64,000 bases of DNA from an uncultured Bacilli bacterium (lineage in GTDB: Bacteria; Bacillota_I; Bacilli_A; RF39; UBA660): the NCBI GenBank assembly GCA_947626095.1, contig CANQQV010000001.1:1-64000 (forward strand). Direction: 5' to 3'. Of this stretch, positions 62,939 through 64,000 are shown one piece after another; the stretch's first letter is position 1, and each line of letters begins with the position of its first letter. Under the pieces are notes generated by a model. The model did no database searches. It was given only the letters and a program-made list of their open reading frames with translations, and was not told the DNA's origin. The translations under genes were made by a program, and so were the position numbers.

Positions 62939-62996
62939 AATAAAAACCTACTTTATATAAATATTATACCATGTATAACATTTAAGTAGGTTATAA

Positions 62997-63989
62997 TTAT
63001 TCTTTATTATCTTTTGGTTTTAACATTAGTTTCTTTAGTACTTCTTCTTTACCTTCTTTAGCAATTACCTTATCACTAAACGTAATATCATCATACTTAT
63101 TATTAACATATAAATCTATTAACATATATATAGCATCCATTAAAAATTCACTATCTTGTAATAACATCCTTACTATTTCATCTACTGAATTCTTTTCATA
63201 TACCTCAATATGTTCTTTTAAAACTTTATTATCTTCAACTAAATTAACTAAATATTTACTAGCTCGATAATCAATTAAAGCTAATTGCAAAATTAATTCT
63301 TTAGCATTCTTTTGATCTACTTTAAATAAATTATGCATAAAACCTTCAACACTATAAACAATTCCTTCAGGGAAATTAATCATTATTGTTTGTTTATATA
63401 AACGACTTTGTTCTCTAATACTCTTTACTACCTTATCAATTGTTACATCTTCATTATAAGTATCTAAATCTAACTCATGACAAGGAAATATTTCTTTTAA
63501 TTTTTTATTTTCTGAAGGCGATAATGATCTAACTAAGATAACTTTTCCTAATTCATTTAAATTATAAAAATCATATGAAGCTTTAATCATTGTATTAAAT
63601 AAACCAATATTAGCACTTATCTCTGCTAATAAATCATTAAAATCAACAATATTCCATAACTGGAAGAATATATCTATATCTTCTTCTGTTGCTATTCCTT
63701 CTCTTTGACGATAAGCAAACATCTTATATGCATCTAAATAAACAACACCCATAAAAAATTCACGATATATTTCTAAAGACTTTTCATTAGAATCTTCTAA
63801 AGAATATACATAATCCATTATCTTATCTATACCCTCTTTAGTACTAACTCCAACTAATAAATTTTTTTCAACTATACTATTTATTTTTTCTCTAATACTT
63901 TGATTAAAATTCATTATTTTATACTCTGTCATAACCATTCCCCCAATGGTTCTTATTGTAGCAAATTTTCTTATATTAAAAAAGAGCAA
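62997..63989 (-). CDS. hypothetical protein
   Basis: 330-aa ORF; true start probably at MVMTEY after GGGGGA. Confidence 0.65.
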   Translation of the reverse strand: MLFFNIRKFATIRTIGGMVMTEYKIMNFNQSIREKINSIVEKNLLVGVSTKEGIDKIMDYVYSLEDSNEKSLEIYREFFMGVVYLDAYKMFAYRQREGIATEEDIDIFFQLWNIVDFNDLLAEISANIGLFNTMIKASYDFYNLNELGKVILVRSLSPSENKKLKEIFPCHELDLDTYNEDVTIDKVVKSIREQSRLYKQTIMINFPEGIVYSVEGFMHNLFKVDQKNAKELILQLALIDYRASKYLVNLVEDNKVLKEHIEVYEKNSVDEIVRMLLQDSEFLMDAIYMLIDLYVNNKYDDITFSDKVIAKEGKEEVLKKLMLKPKDNKE

Positions 63990-64000
63990 ATTTTATATAT

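Overview
Very AT-rich chromosome segment of a Bacillota (Bacilli-like, probably gut-associated; lineage is inference). Housekeeping genes (tRNA-Gly, murE, uracil permease-upp, asnB, LTA-synthase-like sulfatase, tex, ligA, pcrA) fill 1-23 kb and envelope genes fill 54-64 kb. The main result is a three-gene NitT/TauT-type (YtlA/YtlC/YtlD-like) ABC-transporter operon in which two consecutive genes are each split by a separate element carrying a large serine recombinase. Element 1 (20,252 bp, core TGAAC at 23803 and 44055) splits the substrate-binding gene. Element 2 (8,110 bp, core CAAAGAGTTGCTT at 44864 and 52974) splits the ATPase gene. Precise excision of each restores a clean reading frame (327 aa and 249 aa), so the transporter needs two excisions, resembling skin-type programmed rearrangement. 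Neither element has recognisable phage or conjugation genes. Element 1 carries WXG100 proteins, a 1343-aa toxin with tandem RelA/SpoT-like and ADP-ribosyltransferase domains, a candidate immunity gene, an unannotated decayed HD-domain alarmone hydrolase, and a DUF2207 protein with a Cys/Gly repeat tail coupled to a radical SAM/SPASM enzyme. Element 2 carries a dockerin-bearing M60 peptidase and a cohesin-like membrane anchor. Also present are an IS30-family element with a 15-bp target duplication and a possible pyrL-like leader-peptide attenuator. All family calls come from motif recognition by eye; no searches were run.
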